This document shows positions 9,434-19,961 of a stretch of DNA of 60,818 nucleotides, one piece after another. Under the pieces are notes generated by a model. That model was not told the origin of the DNA. It saw only the letters and a list, made by a program, of their open reading frames with translations, and searched no databases. A program made the position numbers and the translations under genes. The stretch is from Candidatus Binatia bacterium (GTDB lineage Bacteria; Desulfobacterota; Binatia; HRBIN30), in the NCBI GenBank assembly GCA_038245295.1, contig JBBRSP010000035.1, forward strand, positions 1 to 60,818, given 5' to 3'. Positions within the stretch are counted from its first letter, which is position 1. The number at the start of each line of letters is the position of its first letter.

Positions 9434-11364
9434 GCGTGTTCCGGCTGCAGAACAATCATCGCCAGCGGCGGCAGGGTGAGACGCAGCGAGAACGGTCGGC
9501 CGAAGGCCGGCTGCCGTTCGGCGACAACCATTCCGGCATTGCCGAGATTACTGCCGCCATAAATCTCGGCGTCGCTGTTCAAGCATTCGTGCCAGTTACC
9601 GCCGGCCGGCACACCGACGCAGACGTCGCGCCGCGGCACCGGAGTGAAGTTGCAGGCAACCACGAGCGGTAGGGGCGCGGTTTTGCCGCGGCGCAGGTAG
9701 ATCAGCAAGCTCTCGTTGGCATTATCGCAGTCGACCCACTCGAAGCCTTTTGGTTCGCCGTCGAGCTCGTAGAGCGCCGCCTGCTCTTTATAGAAGTGAT
9801 TCAGATCGCGCAGCCACGTCTGAACGCCGCGATGCGGAGCGTGCTCGAGCAGATGCCAATCGAGGCTGCCGTCGTGCTTCCACTCGCTCCATTGCGCTAG
9901 CTCACCACCCATGAATAGCAGTTTCTTGCCCGGCTGTGTGTACATGTAACCGAACAGCAGCCGTAGGTTGGCGAACTTCTGCCAGTCGTCGCCCGGCATC
10001 TTGCCGAGCAAGGAGCTTTTGCCGTGCACCACTTCGTCATGCGACAACGGCAACACGAAATTTTCCGTAAACGCGTAGAGCTGGCGAAAGGTCAGCTCGT
10101 TTTGGTGGAACTTGCGGAATAGGGGATCACGACTGAGGTAGCGCAGGGTGTCGTTCATCCACCCCATGTCCCATTTGAAGCCGAAGCCGAGGCCACCGAG
10201 ATAGACGGGGCGCGACACCATCGGCCAGGAGGTCGATTCCTCGGCGACGGTGATGACACCTTCCTGCTCAGCGTAGAGCAGCTCGTTGCAGCGTCGGACA
10301 AAATCGACGGCATCGAGATTCTCGCGGCCGCCGTAGCGATTGGCCACCCAGTCGTCCTGCTGGCGCGAGTAATCGAGGTAGAGCATCGAGGCGACGGCGT
10401 CCACGCGCAGGCCATCGATGTGATACTTGTCGGTCCAGAATAGGGCGTTGCTGATCAAAAAGTTTCGCACTTCCCAGCGACCGAAGTTGAAGATCTTGGT
10501 GCCCCAGTCGCGGTGCTCTCCCTGTCGCGGGTCGGCGTGTTCGTACAGCGCCGTGCCATCGAAGTTGGCCAGACCGTGCTCGTCGCGCGGGAAGTGGGCC
10601 GGCGCCCAGTCCATCAAGACGCCGATGCCGTGCTGATGCAGGACGTCGACGAAATACATGAAGTCGTGCGGCGTGCCGAAGCGGCTCGTCGGCGCGAAGT
10701 AACCCGTCGTCTGGTAGCCCCACGAGGCATCGAGTGGGTGTTCGGTAACCGGCAGGAGCTCGACGTGGGTGAAACCCATGTCCTTGGCGTAGGCGGCCAG
10801 CTTCGGCGCCAGCTCGCGATAGGTCAGCCAGCGATCGCCGTCCTCCGGCACTCGTTGCCAGGAGCCAAGGTGGACTTCATAAATCGACATCGGGCTCTTG
10901 TGCGCGTGCCAGGTTCGCCGCGCCACCATCCACTCGCTGTCGCCCCAGGTGTAGCCCGTCAGTTCGAATACCTTCGACGCCGTGCCGGGGCGCAACTCGC
11001 TGGCGAAGGCGTAGGGGTCGGCCTTGAGGACGCGGTATCCACGGTCGCTACCGGTGACCGCATACTTGTAGAGGGCGCCGACCTTGGCGCCCGGAACAAA
11101 CGCTTCCCACACCCCGGGCTCGGTACGTCGGCGCATCGGGTGTGTGTTGGGATTCCAGGCGTTGAAGTCGCCGACGACGGAGACGGCGCGGGCATTCGGA
11201 GCAAGCACGGCAAAGCGAGTGCCGAGGGTCTCACCATCCGACTGGAGGTGTGCCCCGAGTTTGTCGAAGCTGCGGTAGTGGGTTCCCTCGGCCAACAGGT
11301 GCAGGTCGAAGTCGGTCAGAAAGGGGCTGCTCGGTTGCGGGTCGATGTTCACCTTCCGCGTCAT
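9424..11364 (-). CDS. glgB: 1,4-alpha-glucan branching enzyme
   Basis: IYEVHLGSW, SWGYQ, GLRVDAVASMLY, AEEST and LSHDEVVHGK motifs. Start chosen at ATG 11364. Confidence 0.97.
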   Translation of the reverse strand: MTRKVNIDPQPSSPFLTDFDLHLLAEGTHYRSFDKLGAHLQSDGETLGTRFAVLAPNARAVSVVGDFNAWNPNTHPMRRRTEPGVWEAFVPGAKVGALYKYAVTGSDRGYRVLKADPYAFASELRPGTASKVFELTGYTWGDSEWMVARRTWHAHKSPMSIYEVHLGSWQRVPEDGDRWLTYRELAPKLAAYAKDMGFTHVELLPVTEHPLDASWGYQTTGYFAPTSRFGTPHDFMYFVDVLHQHGIGVLMDWAPAHFPRDEHGLANFDGTALYEHADPRQGEHRDWGTKIFNFGRWEVRNFLISNALFWTDKYHIDGLRVDAVASMLYLDYSRQQDDWVANRYGGRENLDAVDFVRRCNELLYAEQEGVITVAEESTSWPMVSRPVYLGGLGFGFKWDMGWMNDTLRYLSRDPLFRKFHQNELTFRQLYAFTENFVLPLSHDEVVHGKSSLLGKMPGDDWQKFANLRLLFGYMYTQPGKKLLFMGGELAQWSEWKHDGSLDWHLLEHAPHRGVQTWLRDLNHFYKEQAALYELDGEPKGFEWVDCDNANESLLIYLRRGKTAPLPLVVACNFTPVPRRDVCVGVPAGGNWHECLNSDAEIYGGSNLGNAGMVVAERQPAFGRPFSLRLTLPPLAMIVLQPEHAAG

Positions 11365-11410
11365 AGCCGCGCGCGCTGCCGCGGTCCAATCACCGGAGTC
11401 CGGCGCAGCG

Positions 11411-11473
11411 GGTAGGCGCAAGCTTCAGCTTGCGGCCGCAGAGCAGCCGGTAGGCGCAAGCTTTAGCTTGCGG
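11411..11473 (+). repeat. Tandem pair of GTAG-type REPs
   Basis: GGTAGGCGCAAGCTTCAGCTTGCGG (11411-11435) and GGTAGGCGCAAGCTTTAGCTTGCGG (11449-11473), with compensatory stem changes relative to 165-189. Confidence 0.8.
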
Positions 11474-11528
11474 AGTTGCCGCCTCGCCTGCGCGCTGATT
11501 TATAGTAAAACCCCCACGAGGCCTGAGT

Positions 11529-13094
11529 ATGCAAATCCACGAACCCGCACCCACGACCTTCTCCTACGACGCCTGGAGCCGATTGCTCGGCGACATCGTG
11601 ACGCCGGACGGCAAGATCAACTACGAGCGGCTCGATCAACAACGCGACGGTCTGGAAACCTTCGTGGCGCAACTGGGTGCCGTCAGCCCAACCTCCCATC
11701 CTCAGCTGTTCGCCAGTGACGAGGATCGTCTCGCCTACTGGATCAACGCATACAACGCGTTCACCTTGCACGCGATCATGGCCGAGTACCCGATCAGCTC
11801 GGTGTGGAAGACGCGCGACGGTCAATTCTTCGAGCGCCCACGCCACATCGCCGGCGGCACGCCGCTGAGCCTCAACGACATTGAGCACACGATCCTCCGC
11901 GGCCAGTATGCCGAGCCGCGCATTCACTTCGCCATCAACTGCGGCTCGAACGGCTGTCCCGCTGTCCGTCCGACGGCTTACGAAGGTGCCGGGTTACGCG
12001 ACACCCTGCGGGTCGCAACCGAAGAGTTTCTCGCCAGCACGTGGAACTGCCGCGTCGACCATGACGCCAAGCGCATTTTCATCTCTCGGCTCTTCAAGAT
12101 GTATGCGGAAGATTTCGCCGGGGTGCAGAACTCGACCGATGCTTACCGCGAAGGAGTGTTGCGCTTTGTGACGCAGCATACCGGTCTCACGTTCGAGGCG
12201 ATTCACGACTACGAGGTCATCTATAACACCTACGACTGGGGCCTGAACGACGCAAACCGCGCACCGCATCTCGGTCCGATCCTGTTCCACGAGCCCGTCG
12301 AACACTACCTCGAAGGCGACACGCAACTGCGTGAACTGCATCTCTACGAGGGCAACTTCTGCAACCGCACCTGTGATTGGTGCACCATCCACGGCTCGCC
12401 CGAGGGCTGGTATCGCAACTACTCGCGCGACGTGCTCGACAACGCATTTGCCAGCGTCGCCGTCGATGGCAACGTCAAGTTCTACGGCGGCGAGCCGACG
12501 CTGCATCACCAGGCGATCATCGACGCCATGCAGTACCTGCGCGGCAAAGGGTTTCGCGGTCTCTATACGATTTTCTCCAACGGCGTGAAGGCCGATCGCC
12601 TGCTCGAGATCCTCGACAGCGACGAGCGCTCGGAGGCCGTGCTCAACTATTCCATCTACCACGGCCGCGACGCCGAGCCACTACCGGCGCATGCTCAGCA
12701 ACGCCTCGAGGACTGGGCGCGAGTCCATCCGAATCGAATCTTCCAGGGCTACAAGATCCTCTTCCACGCCGGAGCGGGAGCCGAACGGGTCTACGATCGC
12801 GATCGCGAGGCCGACTTTCACGGCCTGGGAAATGGCTGTGTGCGCTGCTTCCCGGTGCTGACGAGCAAAGGCCAGTTCCACGCCTGCCCGTTTGCCGCCG
12901 AGATCGACGCGCCGCACTTCGACCTTGGTCGGGTTGGTTCGAAGCCGGAGACTGTTTTCGAGAACTACCGGCGCTTCCGAACCTGGGTCGACGAGACCCT
13001 CGACCCAACCGCGCGCGCCCGCGGTCTCAGCAGTTGCGAGATGTGCCACAAGCATCTCGCCGAGATGCCGGCGGCTGAGTTTCAGCGTGAGTAA
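11529..13094 (+). CDS. DUF547 - radical SAM fusion protein
   Basis: N half has WINAYNA, RIHFAINCGS..CP and YDWGLN (DUF547). C half has CNRTCDWC, YGGEPT, SNG and a Cys-rich tail CVRC/HACP/CEMC. Confidence 0.8.
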   Translation: MQIHEPAPTTFSYDAWSRLLGDIVTPDGKINYERLDQQRDGLETFVAQLGAVSPTSHPQLFASDEDRLAYWINAYNAFTLHAIMAEYPISSVWKTRDGQFFERPRHIAGGTPLSLNDIEHTILRGQYAEPRIHFAINCGSNGCPAVRPTAYEGAGLRDTLRVATEEFLASTWNCRVDHDAKRIFISRLFKMYAEDFAGVQNSTDAYREGVLRFVTQHTGLTFEAIHDYEVIYNTYDWGLNDANRAPHLGPILFHEPVEHYLEGDTQLRELHLYEGNFCNRTCDWCTIHGSPEGWYRNYSRDVLDNAFASVAVDGNVKFYGGEPTLHHQAIIDAMQYLRGKGFRGLYTIFSNGVKADRLLEILDSDERSEAVLNYSIYHGRDAEPLPAHAQQRLEDWARVHPNRIFQGYKILFHAGAGAERVYDRDREADFHGLGNGCVRCFPVLTSKGQFHACPFAAEIDAPHFDLGRVGSKPETVFENYRRFRTWVDETLDPTARARGLSSCEMCHKHLAEMPAAEFQRE

Positions 13095-13271
13095 ACGAAC
13101 GCCTCGGAGCGGCGCTTCCGTGCCGGTTCTTTGCCACAGATGAATACAGATAAACACAGCCCGGCCGATGGCCAACCAACTCAGGCCAACCAGCCCTACC
13201 TCCGTCATTCCGGCGAAAGCCGGAATCTCCCGAGCATTCCGCAGTTTCCAATCGAGGAGATCCCGGCTTTC

Positions 13272-13593
13272 GAGTGTGTCGATTTACTCGGAAACCAAAT
13301 TTGAAACCGAGCAGACCTTTCCGTCATACCGGCGAAAGAGACTGTCGATTTTCTCTGATTCATCGTTGAAACGGCGCAAACACCTCCGTCATACCGGCGA
13401 AAGCCGGTATCTCCCCATCATTTTTGGCCTTCCACTCGAGGAGATCCCGGCTTTCGCCGGGATGACGTTGCTTCATTTCACTTTATCGACAGTCTCGAAA
13501 GCCGGTACCTCGCCAGCTTCGAGGCTTCCAGCAGGGGGAGATCCCGGTTTTCACCGGGATGATGTTGCTCCACTTTGGTTTTACGACAGTCTC
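13272..13593 (+). mobile_element. MITE family B, outer (older) copy
   Basis: Degenerate TIRs GAGTGTGTCGAT / TACGACAGTCTC. TTTC direct repeats at 13268-13271 and 13594-13597. Length is 159 bp once the inner insert plus its TSD is removed. Confidence 0.75.
13338..13496 (+). mobile_element. MITE family B, inner copy (159 bp)
   Basis: Perfect 12-bp TIRs GAGACTGTCGAT / ATCGACAGTCTC. GAAA direct repeats at 13334-13337 and 13497-13500. Internal CGTC-REP doublet. Confidence 0.85.
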
Positions 13594-13888
13594 TTTCGCC
13601 GGATGACAGGTCAGGGTGACAAAATACGAGACCGAGAAACTCTTCGCCGACAAGAATCGGAACGTTTGTTACACACAGATACAGGCCCGCGGCCTGCATC
13701 GTGGCCGTTTGCTGTTGGCAAGCCATCTGTGTTCATCCCATTCATCTGTGGCCGTACCCGTCCGTGCCTGCGTTGCGTTGGCGGCTTTGCCTCCTGCCTT
13801 TCGGCACGCTGCCACCCGAGTCGCCTGACGCGAGCAATGGCATCAAACGGTTCCAGGGTCTAATGTCGCGGCCGACCAGGGAGGTCGA

Positions 13889-14521
13889 ATGAAGTTCGAC
13901 ATCATTTGCATTTCGCGCCAGGCCGCTGCCGGCGGCGAGAGCATCGGGCACGCGGTGGCGCAGCGCCTGGGCTTTCGTTACCTCGATGAGCAGATCATCG
14001 AGAGGGCGGCGTGGCAGGCCAAGATATCGCCGACGATGCTGGCGGCGGCCGAACGTCCACAACCACTCGTCAAACGTCTCATGGAAAAGGTTGGTGTGGC
14101 GACGCCGCCGACCGACATTCTTCATTGGGTACAAGGCCAGGTCGACCACCGTCCGCACGATCAGGATCTGCGCGCGATGATCCGTGCCTCCATCCTGGAA
14201 GTCGCCGCCTACGGCCGAGTCGTCATTGTTGCTCATGCCGCTTCGATGGCGCTTGCCAGCATTGCCGGCGTGCTGCGTGTGCTGGTCACTGCGTCGCCCG
14301 ACGTGCGGATCCAACGCGTCGCCGATTTCGAGCGTATCATTCCAGAAGAAGCCGAGCGGCGTATCAGCTTGTCGGATCGGGCGCGCCAGGAATACTTGCA
14401 GCGCTTCTATAACGTCGACGCGGAACTGCCGACCCACTACGATCTGGTGCTCAACACGGATCGCTGGTCGGTGGAACAAGCCGCCGAGTTGATCGTTTCT
14501 GTCGCGGATGGTCCTGCCTGA
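13889..14521 (+). CDS. Cytidylate kinase-like family protein
   Basis: IICISRQ..AGGESIG..VAQRLG, D..R..Y..RFY and YDLVLNT motifs. GGAGG RBS. Confidence 0.85.
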   Translation: MKFDIICISRQAAAGGESIGHAVAQRLGFRYLDEQIIERAAWQAKISPTMLAAAERPQPLVKRLMEKVGVATPPTDILHWVQGQVDHRPHDQDLRAMIRASILEVAAYGRVVIVAHAASMALASIAGVLRVLVTASPDVRIQRVADFERIIPEEAERRISLSDRARQEYLQRFYNVDAELPTHYDLVLNTDRWSVEQAAELIVSVADGPA

Positions 14522-14569
14522 AGGGCCGCCGATCCGTCACGTGCCCGCACCAACACTGCTTTACGGAGG

Positions 14570-15781
<1,212 letters not shown>

Positions 15782-15964
15782 GCGACTCAGACAGAGGGGC
15801 GGCAAATTTCCCCGATGAACCTATTGCCACACCGCGCGTGCCCGAACCTGAATGGAACCGCGGCCAAGAGCCGGGCAGGAGCAGGGGCGCGATGCTTCAG
15901 ACGCTCGGAGATCCATTACTTGCGGTGATCGAAGTAGTAGCCGGCGAGTGGTCTTCATGGCACG

Positions 15965-16600
15965 TCAATCCGTTCGGCGATCCCCTGGCTTGACATACCT
16001 CTGACGGCTCGGGCGGATCTGCAGGACATAGTCTTCGACTTCGCCATCGGGTAGCAGCCCGGTCGGTTTGGGCGCGTGCACGGTAGCGCTGGTGAATCGG
16101 AAGCGGGCGTAGCGGGCGCCGACAACGGCGGTGCCGGGAATCGGAACGGCGAGCTTGTTTTCACCGGCCGCGAGGCGGCTGTTCTTGGCGACCTGCTCGA
16201 CGGGTGAGAACTTCCCATCGCCGTCAAAGTCGATCCAGACATTCAGGAAACCGGCGTCCGAGGCGAGGATGATGAACACGGCGCTCTCGCCGACCAAAAT
16301 CACTCCGTGTGCTGCGCCGTCGTCGTCAGTCCCGTCGCCGCTACCGTCGAGAGGCACGCGTGCGTCCGCTTCCCCGGTACGCTTGGTGCCCAGGGTTGGG
16401 CCGGCGACAACATGCCGCGCTCCGTCGCTGGCGCGGGTTGTCCCGAAGCTATTGGGGGCATCGCCGAAATCCGCTTCGGGTTCGGAGATCACGGCTCGTT
16501 GCGTTGCCGTTCTTGGCGCCGCCGCGCCCAGATGGGGTGGGCTGAACGCCAGACTCACGAGAGTGGCGAGACAAGTGAAGGCGTATATCTTTTTATCCAT
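15965..16600 (-). CDS. Secreted GEVED-domain protein
   Basis: Signal peptide, DFGDAP, WIDFDGDGKF, ARFRF and GEVEDY motifs. Start chosen at ATG 16600. Confidence 0.85.
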   Translation of the reverse strand: MDKKIYAFTCLATLVSLAFSPPHLGAAAPRTATQRAVISEPEADFGDAPNSFGTTRASDGARHVVAGPTLGTKRTGEADARVPLDGSGDGTDDDGAAHGVILVGESAVFIILASDAGFLNVWIDFDGDGKFSPVEQVAKNSRLAAGENKLAVPIPGTAVVGARYARFRFTSATVHAPKPTGLLPDGEVEDYVLQIRPSRQRYVKPGDRRTD

Positions 16601-16833
16601 AAGCGCAGCACGGACGATTGGATGTGAGCCAGGTCGTGTCGACCGGAGTGAAGATTGAAGCAAACCGCTTTCCCCCCATGAGGAATGTAGCAACAGGATC
16701 CAAGGACCGATAGGGCACCGGGGGCGAGTGTATCGGCCTGGTAGGCAGATCGAGGCGCGTATCTCGATCTGCAAGTTCATCGCAGGGCCCACTCTCGACG
16801 CGCCGCGCGCCGGTCTGTTAGGAAGCCGAGGCG

Positions 16834-18021
16834 ATGGATCTACGATTCAACCCTGAACAGGAAGAGTTCCGTACCCGACTGCGTGCCTGGCTGGCTGACA
16901 ACATGCCGACGGGCTGGAGCGGCGGGGGCAAGCATTTCGATACCTACGAAGACGAAGTGGTCTTCATGCGCGACTGGCAGAACAAGCTTTATCGCGCCGG
17001 CTGGTGTGGTCTGGCTTGGCCCAAGGAGTACGGCGGGCAGGGCGCGTCGCTGGTCGAGCAGTGCATCTACAATGAAGAGATGGCGCGCGCCCAGGCGCCG
17101 GAGTTGATCAACAAGGTCGGCGTTCACAACGTCGGGCCGACCTTGATCAACCACGGCACCGAGGAACACAAACGCCGCTTTCTGCCCGGCATCCTCTCCG
17201 CCGAAGAAATCTGGTGCCAGCTGTTCAGCGAGCCGGGCGCCGGCTCGGACCTCGCCGGGGTGCGCACGCGCGCCGAGAAGGAGGGCGACGGCTTTCGTCT
17301 GACCGGCCAAAAAGTCTGGACCAGTTACGCCGAGTTCTCGCGCTGGGCCATCTGTCTGGCGCGCACCGATGCCAACGTGCCGAAGCACAAAGGCATCACC
17401 TACTTCATCGTCGATATGCAGGCGCCCGGCATCACCATCCGGCCGCTGCGTCAGATCACCGGCGGCGCCGAGTTCAATGAGGTCTTCCTCGACTCCGTCT
17501 ACGTGCCGCGCGATTTCATCATCGGCCGCGAGAACGAAGGCTGGGGCGTGGCGATGAACACCTTGGCGCATGAGCGCGGCACCGGGTACTTGTTCAAGGA
17601 ACAGGTGAAGCACAAGATCGCTGTCGATCGCCTGGTGCAGATGCTGCGCCAGCGTCAGGCCGAGGGACGGCCGGTGCATCCGTCTCTGCGCCACGAAGTG
17701 ATGAGCTCCTTCATCCGTGTCGAGATCATGCGCATGCACAACTACGACACGATGACCAGGATGGCGCGCGGCGAAGAGCCGGGCGCCGAGTCGAGCTTGA
17801 AAAAGGAATTCTGGAACCGCTTGTCGCAACATCTGCACGAGACGGCATTGGCGATCGAGGGCCCGTGGTCGCAACTCATGGCGGGTGACGCACACGCCAT
17901 CGACGAAGGCCGCTGGCAGCAGACGTTCCTCTACAGTCGCTCGGTGACCATCTCCGGCGGCACCTCGGAAGTGCAGCTCAACATCGTGGCGCAGCGGCTG
18001 CTTGGGCTGCCGAAGACGTGA
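16834..18021 (+). CDS. Acyl-CoA dehydrogenase
   Basis: WCQLFSEPGAGSDLA, GQKVWTS, FNEVF and ISGGTSEVQ motifs. Confidence 0.93.
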   Translation: MDLRFNPEQEEFRTRLRAWLADNMPTGWSGGGKHFDTYEDEVVFMRDWQNKLYRAGWCGLAWPKEYGGQGASLVEQCIYNEEMARAQAPELINKVGVHNVGPTLINHGTEEHKRRFLPGILSAEEIWCQLFSEPGAGSDLAGVRTRAEKEGDGFRLTGQKVWTSYAEFSRWAICLARTDANVPKHKGITYFIVDMQAPGITIRPLRQITGGAEFNEVFLDSVYVPRDFIIGRENEGWGVAMNTLAHERGTGYLFKEQVKHKIAVDRLVQMLRQRQAEGRPVHPSLRHEVMSSFIRVEIMRMHNYDTMTRMARGEEPGAESSLKKEFWNRLSQHLHETALAIEGPWSQLMAGDAHAIDEGRWQQTFLYSRSVTISGGTSEVQLNIVAQRLLGLPKT

Positions 18022-18090
18022 TCTTCCGTCGCGAGACCTAGGCGGGACGAGCCCAACTCAACGGGGATGAAGAAGGTCAACAAGGTAACA

Positions 18091-18234
18091 CTCCCTCTCC
18101 CACGTTGGTGGGAAGCGCGGATCGTGGGAGAGGGTCGGGGTGAGGGCACCGCGATGATCCAGCCGATTCCGCATCCGGTCCCTCACCCTAACCATCTCCC
18201 AGCCGCGTGGCATCCGTTCGAGCTGGGAGAGGGA
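18091..18234. repeat. CCCTCTCCC/GGGAGAGGG palindromic repeat doublet
   Basis: CTCCCTCTCCCACG...CGTGGGAGAGGGTCGGGGTGAGGG followed by the inverted CCCTCACCCTAACCATCTCCCAGC...GCTGGGAGAGGGA. Confidence 0.7.
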
Positions 18235-18271
18235 ACTATGTCGCTGCTAAATTCATCCCAGGAGGCGAATC

Positions 18272-18952
18272 GTGACAACGATACCCGAAGCACACCCAGC
18301 GGCTACCGTGATCCTGCTGCGCGACGGCGAGCCTGGCATCGAGGTGCTCATGGTGCGGCGCAACTCGAAGCTCGCCTTTCACGGCGGCGCCTGGGTATTT
18401 CCGGGCGGGCGCATCGACGAGGCGGACTACGAACGTGCCGGTACACGTGACGCGCGCGAAACGGCCCGACTCGCGGCGGCGCGGGAAGCGCGTGAAGAAG
18501 CGGGCGTCGATGTCAACCCGCAGAGCCTGGTGATGTTGTCGCGTTGGATCACGCCGGAGAATGTCTTCAAACGTTTCGACACTTGGTTTCTCCTCGGTGC
18601 CGCCGCCGACATCGGTGCCGTGACGATCGACGGTCACGAGATTCAGGATCATGCGTGGCTGCAACCAACTCAGGCGCTGGTGGCGCAGCGCCAAGCCGAG
18701 ATCGAGTTGCCACCGCCGACCTTCGTCACCCTGACACAACTTCTGCCGTTCACCTCGACCCAGGCGGCAATCGACGCGTTCGCGGCGCGCGAAGCCGAGG
18801 AATTTCGCCCGCTCCTACACTTCCTCCCGGAAGGCGCGTGTACCGTCTACGTCGGTGATTCCGCATACGGCAGCGACGACCTCGAGGCGCCCGGCCGGCG
18901 CCATCGCTTGTGGATGATCGGTTCGGAGTGGCGCTACGAGCGCGACCTATAA
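18272..18952 (+). CDS. NUDIX hydrolase (CoA-pyrophosphatase / Nudt19-like)
   Basis: AATVILLR, VFPGG, REAREEAG, WITP and RFDTWF motifs. GGAGG RBS. Confidence 0.88.
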   Translation: MTTIPEAHPAATVILLRDGEPGIEVLMVRRNSKLAFHGGAWVFPGGRIDEADYERAGTRDARETARLAAAREAREEAGVDVNPQSLVMLSRWITPENVFKRFDTWFLLGAAADIGAVTIDGHEIQDHAWLQPTQALVAQRQAEIELPPPTFVTLTQLLPFTSTQAAIDAFAAREAEEFRPLLHFLPEGACTVYVGDSAYGSDDLEAPGRRHRLWMIGSEWRYERDL

Positions 18953-19305
18953 TCTAGCGCCGCCGTCCAGGTGCCATGCGGTTCGCGAGATTTTCCAGTT
19001 TTCGACAATCAGACTGGCTCCGACGACGCGCTAGGAAGCCCCAGGACGCGTCTTCAGCGACCAGGACGGGTCTACCTACCCACACAAACTCAACGGTTTT
19101 TGGTTTTTTCGGCTCTTTGATCAGCTCTGATACCTAATTTTGTTGGGGATTCTTACGGGGCGGGCAAGGGCAGGAGTTGGAGATCCCCATTGATGGGTTT
19201 TTTGGAAGATCGGCGAACCGCCATTCCCCAACAACCGTGCCCGTGTCCCTGCCCGTTACTCGGCCGGTTGCCGCACCGTTGTCCGCTGCTATCCTCGCCG
19301 GCCTC

Positions 19306-19551
19306 ATGACGGCGACCGAAATCGAAGCATTGATTACCGCGGGCCTGCCTGGCGCGCACGTCGAAGTGATCGACGAAGTTGGCGATGGCAATCACTGGCG
19401 CGCGGTGATCGTCACCGCGGCCTTTGCCGGGAAGAGTCTCGTCGAACGCCACCAAATGGTGTACGGCACCCTGCAAGGTGCCATGAAGGATCGGATTCAC
19501 GCGCTGTCGATTCAGGCGCAGACGCCTGAAGAGCAACAGCGTCGTTCGTAA
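19306..19551 (+). CDS. BolA family protein
   Basis: GDGNHW, F.GKSLVERHQMVY and IHALSI motifs. Adjacent to a monothiol glutaredoxin. Confidence 0.92.
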   Translation: MTATEIEALITAGLPGAHVEVIDEVGDGNHWRAVIVTAAFAGKSLVERHQMVYGTLQGAMKDRIHALSIQAQTPEEQQRRS

Positions 19552-19576
19552 TCCCAACGAGCGAGAGGAGAAACAA

Positions 19577-19912
19577 ATGGCTCGAGATGTAATGAAGGAA
19601 ATCGGCGACGAGATCGCCGCCAACAAGGCTGTTCTTTATATGAAGGGCACGCCCAGCTTTCCGATGTGCGGCTTCTCCGCCGCGACCATCGAGGTGCTGC
19701 AGGCGCTCGGCTACCCGTTCAAGCATGTCAATATTCTCGAAGACCAGGAGAAGCGCGAAGGCATCAAAGCCTACTCGAACTGGCCGACAGTTCCGCAACT
19801 CTACGTCGGCGGCAAGTTTGTCGGCGGTTGCGACATCGTGCGCGAGCTCTATGCCAACGGCACACTCAAGGACACGTTCAAGGAAGCGTTCGGCGAAGCG
19901 GCGCATGCCTGA
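19577..19912 (+). CDS. grxD: Monothiol glutaredoxin Grx4
   Basis: MKGTP, CGFS, WPTVPQLY and GGCD motifs. Confidence 0.95.
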   Translation: MARDVMKEIGDEIAANKAVLYMKGTPSFPMCGFSAATIEVLQALGYPFKHVNILEDQEKREGIKAYSNWPTVPQLYVGGKFVGGCDIVRELYANGTLKDTFKEAFGEAAHA

Positions 19913-19961
19913 GCCTTTGCGGCTTGCAAATTCAGCGGCGTCACACGATGGTTGCCGCGCC

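Larger units (their letters stand above)
13203..13607. repeat. CGTC-type REP doublet whose second copy is split by MITE B
   Basis: CGTCATTCCGGCGAAAGCCGGAATC ... GATCCCGGCTTTC[insert]TTTCGCCGGATGAC. Confidence 0.75.
13133..13752. repeat. Outer inverted repeat (CACAGATRAA-type units) enclosing the REP/MITE nest
   Basis: GCCACAGATGAAT (13133-13145) and ATTCATCTGTGGC (13740-13752) form a perfect 13-bp IR, with further degenerate units inside. Confidence 0.65.

Noticed and set aside
13168..13863. 231-aa ORF (also 42875-43585 and the 43516 extension)
   Set aside because: These are read-throughs of REP/MITE palindromes giving peptides such as IPAFAGMT, with no protein-family motifs.
19085..19210. 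T-rich intergenic patch as ncRNA or replication origin
   Set aside because: No recognisable RNA motif, DnaA-box cluster or stable structure could be supported.
19725..19961. N-terminal extension of the FG-GAP protein
   Set aside because: It overlaps grxD. The signal peptide begins after 19962.
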